A DNA stretch of 64,000 nucleotides, taken from assembly GCA_964465295.1 (NCBI GenBank), contig CAYXKC010000001.1, forward strand, positions 43,161 to 107,160. The letters run 5' to 3'. This document shows positions 1 through 8,738 of this stretch, piece after piece; positions within the stretch are counted from its first letter, which is position 1; each line of letters starts with the position of its first letter. The position numbers and the translations under genes are program-made. The notes below the pieces were generated by a model. That model saw nothing but the letters and a program-made list of their open reading frames with translations. It did no database searches and was not told the DNA's origin. Source of the stretch: an uncultured Methanomicrobiaceae archaeon (GTDB lineage Archaea; Halobacteriota; Methanomicrobia; Methanomicrobiales; Methanomicrobiaceae).

Positions 1-242
1 ATTATCACCGGGATCATATAGATTATACTTATAATAAAGTACAAGATACCGTCAATAAACGTCTTAGCCCAGTTCCCTGGTTCAGGGGCCGGTTTTTTAC
101 CACGCATTACATCCAGTGAATATCCCATAATCAATGGGAATATAATACTGCATACGATCAGGATTATCCACCTGACCCACTTTTCAATGAAAGCCTCCTT
201 TGTATATTCAAAAGAGTCTCCTAACATGTCTCCTATACCCAA
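1..242 (-). CDS. DUF4013-like polytopic membrane protein, N-terminal part only (gene runs off the left window edge)
   Basis: Not in the ORF track because there is no stop in the window. Manual minus-strand translation gives (M)GIGDMLGDSFEYTKEAFIEKWVRWIILIVCSIIFPLIMGYSLDVMRGKKPAPEPGNWAKTFIDGILYFIISIIYMIPVII, open to position 1. A TTG at 242 lies 6 nt after GGAGGTG (249-255); an alternative ATG is at 227. The N-terminal pattern resembles archaeal DUF4013 proteins (recalled, not searched). Confidence 0.5.
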   Translation of the reverse strand, partial: MGIGDMLGDSFEYTKEAFIEKWVRWIILIVCSIIFPLIMGYSLDVMRGKKPAPEPGNWAKTFIDGILYFIISIIYMIPVI

Positions 243-328
243 ATTTTACACCTCCATTTGAGATGATAAAATAAAAAACTCTTAAATATAAAAATGAATC
301 GGTTTATTTGGTTGAAACAACCTTCAGA

Positions 329-862
329 TTAAATCTTTTCTTCTTCTTTAAAAGAAAATCCGTTCAATTCACACGAGCCCTTACAACTTTCCTCTTCGGC
401 TTCTATTACCCTGTAGGCATCCGCAAGGACAGATGCCTGTGCCAGGGATCCGGCAAGGAGAATAGCTTCGAGGATCTCGTCTTTGGTTGCACCTTTGGCT
501 TTTGCGGTTCTCATGTGATATTCAGTACAGTGGGGGCAGTTTAAGGCTGCTCCTACAGCCAGGCTTATCAGTTCCACGATCTTTGGCTCAAGGGTGCTTG
601 TCTCTGTAACAGCACTCTTGTACAGAAGATGGGATATCAGAACTTCCGGCTTCTTTGCCATCTTTTTATAGATGAGGGGTACTTCCCCTGTTTCTTTCCC
701 TACTTTTTCCAAAAGGTCTTTGGCAGATTTCTCCTTGCCGCAATCTGCAATCTTCATTAAAAAGGTTTCAAAGTCCACTTTTTTCACCGTGTTCCCGATT
801 GATGGATTAGTATTGTTTATACGATGATCTTTGTCTCTGAGAAGGGTTTGATCCTGATCCAT
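329..862 (-). CDS. Carboxymuconolactone decarboxylase / AhpD-like CxxC protein
   Basis: Contains the motif AALNCPHCTEYHMRTAKAKGATKDEILEAI, typical of the CMD/AhpD core (CxxC plus His). The longest start (862) overlaps the mmp7 3' end by 46 nt; an alternative ATG is at 757. Neither start has a clear RBS. Confidence 0.75.
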   Translation of the reverse strand: MDQDQTLLRDKDHRINNTNPSIGNTVKKVDFETFLMKIADCGKEKSAKDLLEKVGKETGEVPLIYKKMAKKPEVLISHLLYKSAVTETSTLEPKIVELISLAVGAALNCPHCTEYHMRTAKAKGATKDEILEAILLAGSLAQASVLADAYRVIEAEEESCKGSCELNGFSFKEEEKI

Positions 863-1758
863 ATGTAATTGCGCATTCTTGAGGGCAGGAGTTCTGCGAT
901 ATCCCCAATTTTCACATCGTTCTCTATTTCAATATCCTTGATCATTCCTGCAAATTCATCATAAGGTATTTTCACTCTTAATCCGGCGATCTGGACCGTT
1001 ATCGGTGTCGGGTGGGTTGAAATTTCACTTATGCCCAGCTCCTCATCGATCACCGCCATCAGCCTTGCAGGGGATATGGACAACTGGTCCTTTGCTATCT
1101 CTTCCCTTTTTTTATCAAGAACCTCTGACACCTCTTCAACAAGTTTGTCGAGGTACTCGATTTCACCTTCCTGCTTCTTCATCCTGTGGCCGATTCTGCC
1201 GATTCCTCCAACATAACCATCAACAGGAGGATCTGCGAGTTTTTTTAAGTCTTCAGTTACAGGGCCGCCTGTAAGGATGATCGGCACCTTAATACCTCTC
1301 CGCAGTGCCGGGAGTTTATGCCTGATACATGATTCAAAATTCCCAAGAAGAAATACTGCACAGTCATGTTCGTTGATGACATCTCTCTCTTCAATATTCA
1401 GATTCGCAATCCTTTTGCCGAATCCGCGGGCAAGGCCAATCATATTCGTCTTGGCACCGGCCCGTCTAAGGTATTCTGCAGCGTCGCATGACGTATGGGG
1501 AAGATGATGGATCTCGAGGCTCGGGGTCACTACAGCGATCTCGGTTCCGACAAGAGGAGCCTCAATGACCTCTCCTCCGAGGGGGCGTCCTGTTTTCCTG
1601 ATAAGATCGATATCTTCTTTTGGCACAAGGGATTGCAAAATCACTTCCTGCGCAATCATGTGCTTCTGGACGATATAGCCTCCAAGATCGTCGATCAGGT
1701 CAACGATAATATCATGCTTGAAGACACCTCCTTTGTATGTTATCGGTACGAGGACCAT
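817..1758 (-). CDS. mmp7: Methanogenesis marker protein 7 (Mmp7)
   Basis: 313 aa, the last gene of the A2/Mmp operon. Its ATG directly abuts the mmp17 stop (TAG 1759-1761). Size and position match the methan_mark_7 family. The assignment rests on context and recalled family features. Confidence 0.7.
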   Translation of the reverse strand: MVLVPITYKGGVFKHDIIVDLIDDLGGYIVQKHMIAQEVILQSLVPKEDIDLIRKTGRPLGGEVIEAPLVGTEIAVVTPSLEIHHLPHTSCDAAEYLRRAGAKTNMIGLARGFGKRIANLNIEERDVINEHDCAVFLLGNFESCIRHKLPALRRGIKVPIILTGGPVTEDLKKLADPPVDGYVGGIGRIGHRMKKQEGEIEYLDKLVEEVSEVLDKKREEIAKDQLSISPARLMAVIDEELGISEISTHPTPITVQIAGLRVKIPYDEFAGMIKDIEIENDVKIGDIAELLPSRMRNYIWIRIKPFSETKIIV

Positions 1759-2340
1759 CTATCTTCCCTCCTTCATTATCCTGGTTTTTTCATGGATCAG
1801 TTCGTCTGCGAGCTCTGGGGGGATGGTATTCTCGCTGGCGATGTAATAAAAAAAAGGCCCTTCAAAGCCTTCCTTTCTGATCCTGAACCCTTCAGGTGCA
1901 ATCCATTGCAGTGCATAGATTATATCCTTATATACATTCTCCGCCTGGTCGAGGACAATCATCTCTTCGATCTCTCTTATCGACTTCCCTTCGGGATCAA
2001 GTGTAATAGTGAACCTGTCAGGTTGATCAACATTTTCTCTTCCGTATTTGTCCCATAATTTTGAAAGAAGGTTTGAGAGATGTACTTCATCGCCGATATC
2101 GATAACAATCCTGCCTTCTTTCTCCATAATGTTTGTAAAATCGCCTGCCTTTACCGATCCGGGCATCTTCCTGATCATGCCTGCGGCAAGGAATAGTGGA
2201 AATTCAGGGTCGATGTAGATATGTAATCTTGAGATTATCGACAGCAGGTTGAGATCCTTGAGGATGTCCGATGCTATTTCAAGATAGGTCGTTCCGCCTT
2301 TCTTCTCCGCACATTCCACTTCAAAGTAATCAAGAGCCAT
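1759..2340 (-). CDS. mmp17: Methanogenesis marker protein 17 (Mmp17)
   Basis: 193 aa, lying between mmp15 and mmp7. Size and order match the conserved marker cluster. Confidence 0.65.
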   Translation of the reverse strand: MALDYFEVECAEKKGGTTYLEIASDILKDLNLLSIISRLHIYIDPEFPLFLAAGMIRKMPGSVKAGDFTNIMEKEGRIVIDIGDEVHLSNLLSKLWDKYGRENVDQPDRFTITLDPEGKSIREIEEMIVLDQAENVYKDIIYALQWIAPEGFRIRKEGFEGPFFYYIASENTIPPELADELIHEKTRIMKEGR

Positions 2341-2343
2341 AAC

Positions 2344-3585
2344 TTACCTTTCTTTTAGATAACCCGATGAAAGAAGCGCCGATCCTACCGACCCAATGTA
2401 TTGTGAATAAGGAGGCACTATTATCTCGGTCTGAAGGAGCTTTCCCATCTCCTTAACCAGCCCTTCGATCAGTGATGTCCCCCCTACCATTATTACAGGT
2501 TCTTTGATATCGACTTCCTGGAGCTGCTGTTCGAATACCTGCTCTGCCACGCTGTGGCATGCCGCTGCGGCGACATCCTCTTTCGAATGACCTTCTGCAA
2601 GGGCATTGACAAGGCTTTGCGTTCCGAATACTATACAGTAACTGTTCATCGGGACATTCCGCGACAGCCCTGCAACAGCCAGGGGGCCGAGTTCAGTGAT
2701 ATCAACCCCCAGGCGTTTGGCAGTCATCTCAAGGAACCTGCCGGATGCTCCGGCACATATTCCTCCCATTGTAAAAGTGCCGGGAATTCCGTCCTGGACG
2801 GATATTGCCTTATTGTCCATCCCCCCGATGTCGATTACCGTGGCTTCTCCTTTTTGGCGGTCTGCAAGATAGACCGCACCCTTTGAATTGACCGTAAGCT
2901 CCTCCTGGATCAGGTCAGCCTTCATCTTATTTCCAATGAGATATCTTCCATATCCCGTAGTGCCTATTGCTTCGATATCACTCATCTTCAGCCCGGCCTC
3001 TTCAAGAGCTGAATTTACAACAGTCTCAGCACTTTTTATCACTTCAGTTGTCGCGGTCCACCCGGTACCGACTATCTCATTGTCCTTCATGACGACGGCT
3101 TTTGTAGTTGAAGAACCTGAGTCTATCCCGAGAGTGATCCCGACCTGTTTCTCCCTTGCAAGAAGTGCCCTCCTTCGTGCAATGGTGGTCAGTGCCTCCA
3201 TTCTGGTTAGAAGTGTTCCTGCAGTCGTTCTTTCAGTGAATGAATAGCTGACTACGGGAAGGGAGGAGTTGTTATGTATGTATCTCCTGAGTTCATTCCT
3301 TACAATCGCCGCTTCCGAGCACCTGAAGCAGGTTGCAATGAAGACGGCATCAGCATCGACTGCACCGTCCACGAGGGCCTTTGCCCTTGCTATTGCAAGT
3401 TTAAGGTCGCCTGATCTTGCTTCTAGTCCGAATTCATCGTATGCCTTTTTTATATCCTTCAGTGTCACATCAGGGAAGAACATTTCGGCATTTACCATCG
3501 ATGCGGCCTCGTAGATCTCTTTCTGGACTCCGCTGTGCTCCGGCCCGCATGAAAGCTGTGCCACCCTGACAGGCTGTTCAGTCAT
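2344..3585 (-). CDS. mmp15: Methanogenesis marker protein 15 (Mmp15), BadF/BcrA-type ATPase fold
   Basis: 413 aa. It has a Cys-containing N-terminal domain and an acetate/sugar-kinase-like ATPase motif, [18 protein letters not shown] overlap with the mmp5 stop. Confidence 0.8.
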   Translation of the reverse strand: MTEQPVRVAQLSCGPEHSGVQKEIYEAASMVNAEMFFPDVTLKDIKKAYDEFGLEARSGDLKLAIARAKALVDGAVDADAVFIATCFRCSEAAIVRNELRRYIHNNSSLPVVSYSFTERTTAGTLLTRMEALTTIARRRALLAREKQVGITLGIDSGSSTTKAVVMKDNEIVGTGWTATTEVIKSAETVVNSALEEAGLKMSDIEAIGTTGYGRYLIGNKMKADLIQEELTVNSKGAVYLADRQKGEATVIDIGGMDNKAISVQDGIPGTFTMGGICAGASGRFLEMTAKRLGVDITELGPLAVAGLSRNVPMNSYCIVFGTQSLVNALAEGHSKEDVAAAACHSVAEQVFEQQLQEVDIKEPVIMVGGTSLIEGLVKEMGKLLQTEIIVPPYSQYIGSVGSALLSSGYLKER

Positions 3586-4046
3586 TTCTTATCCTCGCTT
3601 TTTTCTCCGGGAATATTCTCCAGGAAATTCTTTATCTCACTGACAAAGGCAAGACCGTCATCTTCGTTTGAGGGATATCTTATATCTAGAAGAGGAATGT
3701 CGTTTCTCTGTCTCACAAGGAATTTTACAAGTTCGTTCGTTCTTGCACATCCCATACACCCAAAGGCCATATCGGCATCGCTGATAATAATTGCACCCTC
3801 TGCCTCTTCAATGAGTGGGCCGAGAAGCGCCATTCGTCCTCTTACGCCTGAAGGAACCTCTACCGCAGCGTATTTGAGCCCCTTCTTCGGGTCTTCCGGT
3901 GTCATCTGAAGAGGGGGGGAATCCAGGCCGGGTGTTTGTATTCTCTCCCTGATAGGAATTGCAGCGCCGAGGGCTTCATGGCCGAATCTTTCGACCATAT
4001 CCGACAGGATAAGGCTGGTTGAGGGATATATGAAAATTTTTGCCAT
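3582..4046 (-). CDS. mmp5: Methanogenesis marker protein 5 (Mmp5)
   Basis: Contains [54 protein letters not shown] and [11 protein letters not shown], which match my recollection of the methan_mark_5 family. I prefer the ATG at 4046 because AGGAG lies 10 nt upstream; the track start at 4070 is possible. Confidence 0.8.
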   Translation of the reverse strand: MAKIFIYPSTSLILSDMVERFGHEALGAAIPIRERIQTPGLDSPPLQMTPEDPKKGLKYAAVEVPSGVRGRMALLGPLIEEAEGAIIISDADMAFGCMGCARTNELVKFLVRQRNDIPLLDIRYPSNEDDGLAFVSEIKNFLENIPGEKSEDKK

Positions 4047-4050
4047 TTTA

Positions 4051-4521
4051 TCAAACTCCTTTAGATTCAATAATTTTTATCAGTTCTTCAGCAGGAAGGC
4101 TTTCATCCTTTCGCCTGATACGCTCTACAGTTTTGCTTTCAGGTAAAATTCCCCTGTAGAGTTTATCCAGACCTTTTGATACATATTTAACAAGCCCCAT
4201 CTCGAATTCATGACCATAATAGCCGGGTCTTGCACCGCCCAGATTCGCCCTGCATCTTCGGGGGTCACCTGGAGGAAAACCTCTGTCTTTGGAGAAAATA
4301 TGGGTAGGATCCATTTTGCGGAGTTCTTTTGTAATCTCCCTGACCTCCTCAGGGCTTCCGGTTACCTGAAGGCCGAAACAGGTCTCCTTGATAAGAACCC
4401 CTTTCGAGATCTCGTATGCCCGGACTGCAAGCTGCTGGGGGGTAACGTCGGGTGATTCAATAAAGATATACCTTGTAAGAGAACCAGGGTACAGAGGAAT
4501 ATTCTGCTTTTTTTCCGGCAT
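4051..4521 (-). CDS. mmp6: Methanogenesis marker protein 6 (Mmp6)
   Basis: 156 aa with the motif GFPPGDPRRCRANLGGARPGYYG. Its start overlaps the mmp3 stop (TGATG). Confidence 0.72.
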   Translation of the reverse strand: MPEKKQNIPLYPGSLTRYIFIESPDVTPQQLAVRAYEISKGVLIKETCFGLQVTGSPEEVREITKELRKMDPTHIFSKDRGFPPGDPRRCRANLGGARPGYYGHEFEMGLVKYVSKGLDKLYRGILPESKTVERIRRKDESLPAEELIKIIESKGV

Positions 4522-6077
4522 CAGGACACCTCCATGATATATACTGTCTCTCCTTCCTTGATCGAGTCCAGTTTTTCAGGATCGGTTACTGTTCCAAGTA
4601 TATTTGTCCCTTCAAAAGGTTCAGAGGTTGGCCCGAACTCTTTGTTTGGGTTCCTTCTTATTCCAATAAGGCCGGTTCCCTTCCTGGAATCGTTGGTAAT
4701 TGCAAGAGAGTTTGCAGGCACTTCACCTTTAGGCAGGTTCTCCAGGTTGATAGTGATCTTTTTTGGAATTTTTGGCTTGAAGAGTGCAACGTCGTCATAT
4801 TTGAATATTAATGGTAGTTTGCCTATTCTATACCACCTGAGGTCAGTAATCTCCCTGAATATTTTGCAGGTCCTTGGAGCTTTTGCATCATCAAGTTTTA
4901 CATTGATTACTTTCTCCGATGAAGCTGTTTTTACCTTGACTTTCCCTTCAGCAAGAATGCTCATCGTTGCAGGGGGTGTCTGCTCTACAACAATCCTTTC
5001 ACCTGTTTTGTCATCGTACTCGATCTCAATTCCTCTTTCTTCAGCGATCTCAATTGCCCTGCCGATGTCAAGACCTCTTAAATCAATCTGGGGAGGAACA
5101 GCCCTGATCTTTAAGATCTCTCCTTTGGATGCAAGTTTTACAAGTTCCAGTCCGTGTTCAATTTTTCCTGTTGCAGTATGGTAAGGACTGGCGGGAATAT
5201 CTTTCAGGTAAATATACACGCTTCCTGTCTGCCTGCCCTTCGTTCTGACTGTTACATTTCCCTCGAACCGTGGTTTCCTGATCTCATAGGGTACAATACT
5301 GTCCTTTAATCTTTCATCGGCAAGAAAAGTGCTTGATTTCAGGCTAACCTCAAATCTTTCTTTTGACAAAGAAAGCAGCATATGCTCTATGCTCTCGGAA
5401 CCCGAGGGGTCGATCTCTCCTTTGTTATACCCTGTGGCAGAAACAGTCACATTTGTGACAATCTCCATACCATCCTCTAGAGGGGTTTTCCTGTTTGTTG
5501 TGGTAAACGAGCTGCCGGTTTCGATTTTGCTTATCAGCCTCTCCGAATCCTTTATCATACTCCCTGTTTTCCATCTGGCAGGAACACCCGTACCGCTTAC
5601 CACATGCCCGATGATTCCACCTGATTCGTCTGTTCCGTGATCGGCAATATGGGCTGCTCTTGAGAATATCAGGTATGAATTTTCGGGGTCGTAACCTCCA
5701 CAACCGAGAATGAGGTCTCCTTTTGAGTACCTGTGTGGCTTTTTATCAGGCCTGACCTGGCTTTTGAATGGTCCGAATGCAGCAGAATAGCGGTCTTCCC
5801 ATTTAAGGTTTAATGGAATCAGCTCTTTTTTCTCAAACAAGACTTTCAGGAGCTCTTTGACATGCTGAAGGTTATTTTCTTCATCAAGTTCAATTATCAT
5901 CTCTCCTTCATCCGTAGAAATCCTGAAATTTCTTGTAGTCACCTCAGATGATTCTACAGGCCTGATAATTGCAACTGAGAATTCGGGAGCAAGATGGGGG
6001 ACAATGTCCCCAAGAACCATTCCGCTCTGAAGTTCCATCCTCTCTCCATCGAGGATGATATCTATCAACAAACTCAC
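4521..6077 (-). CDS. mmp3: Methanogenesis marker protein 3 (Mmp3)
   Basis: 518 aa. A GTG start lies 1 nt after the atwA stop. Size and position match the methan_mark_3 family. Confidence 0.72.
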   Translation of the reverse strand: MSLLIDIILDGERMELQSGMVLGDIVPHLAPEFSVAIIRPVESSEVTTRNFRISTDEGEMIIELDEENNLQHVKELLKVLFEKKELIPLNLKWEDRYSAAFGPFKSQVRPDKKPHRYSKGDLILGCGGYDPENSYLIFSRAAHIADHGTDESGGIIGHVVSGTGVPARWKTGSMIKDSERLISKIETGSSFTTTNRKTPLEDGMEIVTNVTVSATGYNKGEIDPSGSESIEHMLLSLSKERFEVSLKSSTFLADERLKDSIVPYEIRKPRFEGNVTVRTKGRQTGSVYIYLKDIPASPYHTATGKIEHGLELVKLASKGEILKIRAVPPQIDLRGLDIGRAIEIAEERGIEIEYDDKTGERIVVEQTPPATMSILAEGKVKVKTASSEKVINVKLDDAKAPRTCKIFREITDLRWYRIGKLPLIFKYDDVALFKPKIPKKITINLENLPKGEVPANSLAITNDSRKGTGLIGIRRNPNKEFGPTSEPFEGTNILGTVTDPEKLDSIKEGETVYIMEVS

Positions 6078-6078
6078 C

Positions 6079-7689
6079 TCAGCCGTTTGGATTTGCCATA
6101 ATCTCTCTTTCTTCCTGTGTCAGGAACTCAAGAACTTCACTGGTCGGCCCGATCTTTACAATCTTTCCATGCCTCATAAGGGCGGCTCTGTCACAGATGT
6201 CCCGGACAAAATCCATATCGTGGGATACGACAATAAATGTCTCATCTATCTCCTCTCTGGCATGCATTATTGAGTGTTTTACATCGATCTTTGTTATCGG
6301 GTCCATAGTTCCTGTCGGTTCATCAAGGAGGACAATCCTTGGCTCCCTTATAAGCACCTGGGCAAGAGCTACGCGGTGCTTCTCACCTTCACTCAGCTGG
6401 CTGGGCATTCTGTCAAGAATCTTATGGCTTTTATCTTCATTGAAACCGGCCATCTTTAATGTGATTATGGCCTTTCGCATGGCAAGTTCTTTTGGAAATT
6501 CAAGCCCTATGGAATCTGTGAGGTTGTCAAGGATAGTCCTGTGGGGATAGAGGTCATATTCCTGGTGGAGGAGGCCTACATATGATTTGGCCCGGCCACG
6601 GTTCTGGATTCCGGGTTTGGTCATATCTATCCATTCTTCTCCGATTCTGATATTCATCTCACCGCTTGTCGGTTCAATAATGCCTGAAATAATTCTGGAA
6701 AGTGTGGTTTTTCCTGCACCGCTTGTTCCTATGATTCCGAATATTTCACGTTCTGCAACGTCAAAAGAGACTCCGTCCACTGCCTTGATCATTCCTCTGT
6801 CGACTGTAATATATCTCTTCTCGACATCCCTTGCCTGGAGGATGCTGTCTCCAAGCTCGCCTGTCTCAAATGTTTCAGTATCTTTCGCATCTTCGAGGAA
6901 TGAACCGATAATCTTCTTCGGGTTGCCAATATCCTTTATTACTCCGTCTTCAAGTAGAATTGCCCTGTCACAAACATCTTCGATGATCTGGGAAAAGTGT
7001 GAGGATACAACCATAGCCATGTTATTATTTTTTGCCGCTTCTGCGAGCATCTCGTGGACTATGTCCGCGGTTCTCGGATCAAGGGTGCCTGTAGGTTCAT
7101 CCGCACACAGCATAAACGGCTCCTTTGCAAGCTGCCGGGCGAGGACAACCCTCTGTTTCTCTCCGCCGGAGAGATCTCTTGCGATATGCATCATCCTGTG
7201 GGACAACCTGACTTCATCAAGAAGATCTGCGGCCCTGGAAACCTGCAGCTCACCAGGGTAACCTATATCGGAGAGTGCGTGCATCACGTTTTCAATCACG
7301 CGATCATCACCGTAAAGTGCAAATGTACGCTGGAACATTATTGCAGTTCTTCTCATTATCCGGCGCTTCATCCTTTCGTTTTCAGGAGCCCAAAAATCCA
7401 CATCCTCAATTTTAAGGGTGCCTCCGCATTTTGAGCATTTTTTTCCGGCACTGCTTGGTAGCTCGACATTCTGGCAGTTTTCGCATGCAGCTATGTGAAA
7501 GATAACAGAGCCGGACGTGGGGGGGGTGTCGACACCCCTCATCAGGTGCATCAGAACCGTTTTTCCAGCTCCGCTCCTCCCGATAATTCCAAGAATCTCC
7601 CCCTCTTCCATCTGAAAACTGATATCCTTAAGGACGGGGGTTCCATCGAATTCCTTGCATAAATTCTTTACAGTTATTAAGGGAGCCAT
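6079..7689 (-). CDS. atwA: Methyl-coenzyme M reductase system component A2 (double ABC ATPase)
   Basis: 536 aa with two ABC cassettes. Walker A motifs are GRSGAGKT and GTSGAGKT; signature motifs are LSGGEKQR and LSEGEKHR. A Cys-rich insert (CENC...CSKCG) sits in the first cassette, as in A2. Confidence 0.9.
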   Translation of the reverse strand: MAPLITVKNLCKEFDGTPVLKDISFQMEEGEILGIIGRSGAGKTVLMHLMRGVDTPPTSGSVIFHIAACENCQNVELPSSAGKKCSKCGGTLKIEDVDFWAPENERMKRRIMRRTAIMFQRTFALYGDDRVIENVMHALSDIGYPGELQVSRAADLLDEVRLSHRMMHIARDLSGGEKQRVVLARQLAKEPFMLCADEPTGTLDPRTADIVHEMLAEAAKNNNMAMVVSSHFSQIIEDVCDRAILLEDGVIKDIGNPKKIIGSFLEDAKDTETFETGELGDSILQARDVEKRYITVDRGMIKAVDGVSFDVAEREIFGIIGTSGAGKTTLSRIISGIIEPTSGEMNIRIGEEWIDMTKPGIQNRGRAKSYVGLLHQEYDLYPHRTILDNLTDSIGLEFPKELAMRKAIITLKMAGFNEDKSHKILDRMPSQLSEGEKHRVALAQVLIREPRIVLLDEPTGTMDPITKIDVKHSIMHAREEIDETFIVVSHDMDFVRDICDRAALMRHGKIVKIGPTSEVLEFLTQEEREIMANPNG

Positions 7690-7828
7690 AGGACAAGACC
7701 TCTATTAGATTATGTTAGATACTACTGTAGCTTTTTTATCTTATTATTATTCGGTTTTGGAATGGATTTGTAATAATAAATATCTTTTTAAGGTTCAATA
7801 GATAAGTCTTCGCAATTAAAAGTAAAAA

Positions 7829-8644
7829 TCAAAAATTTTGGGGTATTTTTTTAACAATATCAATCACTTCTGATACGTCTTTGATAATATAGTCTGCTTC
7901 ATCTTCGAGTATTTTAGGTTTTTTGCTGTACTGCTGCTCTGTCAGGATGGCAATATCAGCCTCTTTCATGGCCGTCAGGTCATTAATTCCATCCCCCACC
8001 ATAATTACCCTGTCATAATGCTCCTTTAGATCGGAGACGATCTGCGCCTTAATCTTCGGGGTAGCGACCCCGTATACATTGTCATGAGGAATGCCAAGGT
8101 AGTCGGCCATTTTTATCAGTTTATCAGTCCTGTCTCCTGAAGCAACATATGTGGCAATATTGTTTTCGTGAAGTGTTTTGATAGTTTTTTTTGCATTTGA
8201 AAAAGGTCTGCCACCCGAGGTGATCGTGAATTCGATAGAACCCAGGTTTTTATTTACAATTACTCCGTTGTTCAGTGCCACTATCGGCAGTTTTTTGCAG
8301 CAGTTCCATACCTTCATGATACAGATTTGAAAATCCCCGCATGTGGCCTTCCTGTCGCCATTTAATAATTCTGCAATCTCTTCTGATGTTGTGACGGTGC
8401 TTGAACATGCAACTCCAAAATTGATCTTTTTTTCTTTAAGATACTCCGAAAGCAGCATCTCCGGATTTGCTTTCATTATCTCCCTTGAATTAACATAAAG
8501 GAGAATCAGGGCTCTTCCCTTTTCAGAGCAGGTAAGGGTTGTGGTCTCAACTCCTTCAATAACCCTGTTATTTTGAATATCTTTTGCCACCCTATAAGTA
8601 TAAAGAAGAGTGCCGGCACTGTCGAAAACCACGGCCAGATTCAT
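7829..8644 (-). CDS. HAD-superfamily hydrolase, soluble P-type-ATPase-like
   Basis: N-terminal VFDSAGTLL (compare P-type DKTGTLT) and C-terminal MVGDGINDLTAMKEADIAI (P-type hinge motif). No transmembrane segments. Confidence 0.7.
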   Translation of the reverse strand: MNLAVVFDSAGTLLYTYRVAKDIQNNRVIEGVETTTLTCSEKGRALILLYVNSREIMKANPEMLLSEYLKEKKINFGVACSSTVTTSEEIAELLNGDRKATCGDFQICIMKVWNCCKKLPIVALNNGVIVNKNLGSIEFTITSGGRPFSNAKKTIKTLHENNIATYVASGDRTDKLIKMADYLGIPHDNVYGVATPKIKAQIVSDLKEHYDRVIMVGDGINDLTAMKEADIAILTEQQYSKKPKILEDEADYIIKDVSEVIDIVKKIPQNF

Positions 8645-8738
8645 ATCTGCTATATCTCTTTGTTCTGCTTCTAAATGTTTGGATTGATCCCGTTCTCTGA
8701 CAAAGTTTTTTAGTATAATGTCATAGATTGTAGGTATT

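Noticed and set aside
4534-5184. Long antisense ORFs inside well-supported genes. These are 4534-5184, 6587-7261, 35053-35559, 40226-40738, 42757-43305, 43841-44431, 27748-28200, 28975-29427 and 44606-45052.
   Set aside because: Each lies entirely within, and opposite to, a gene with strong family motifs. Their translations are low-complexity (rich in Ser, Ile, Leu and Pro) with no recognisable motifs. This is typical of shadow ORFs on the complementary frame.
7519-7526. Homopolymeric G8 tracts at 7519-7526 in atwA and 9789-9796 in rbcL, considered as phase-variation or slippage sites.
   Set aside because: Both are in frame within conserved coding blocks (Pro-Pro in A2; the GGG of the RuBisCO GGGIHGH loop). 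There is no evidence of frameshifted copies, so they are ordinary codon runs.
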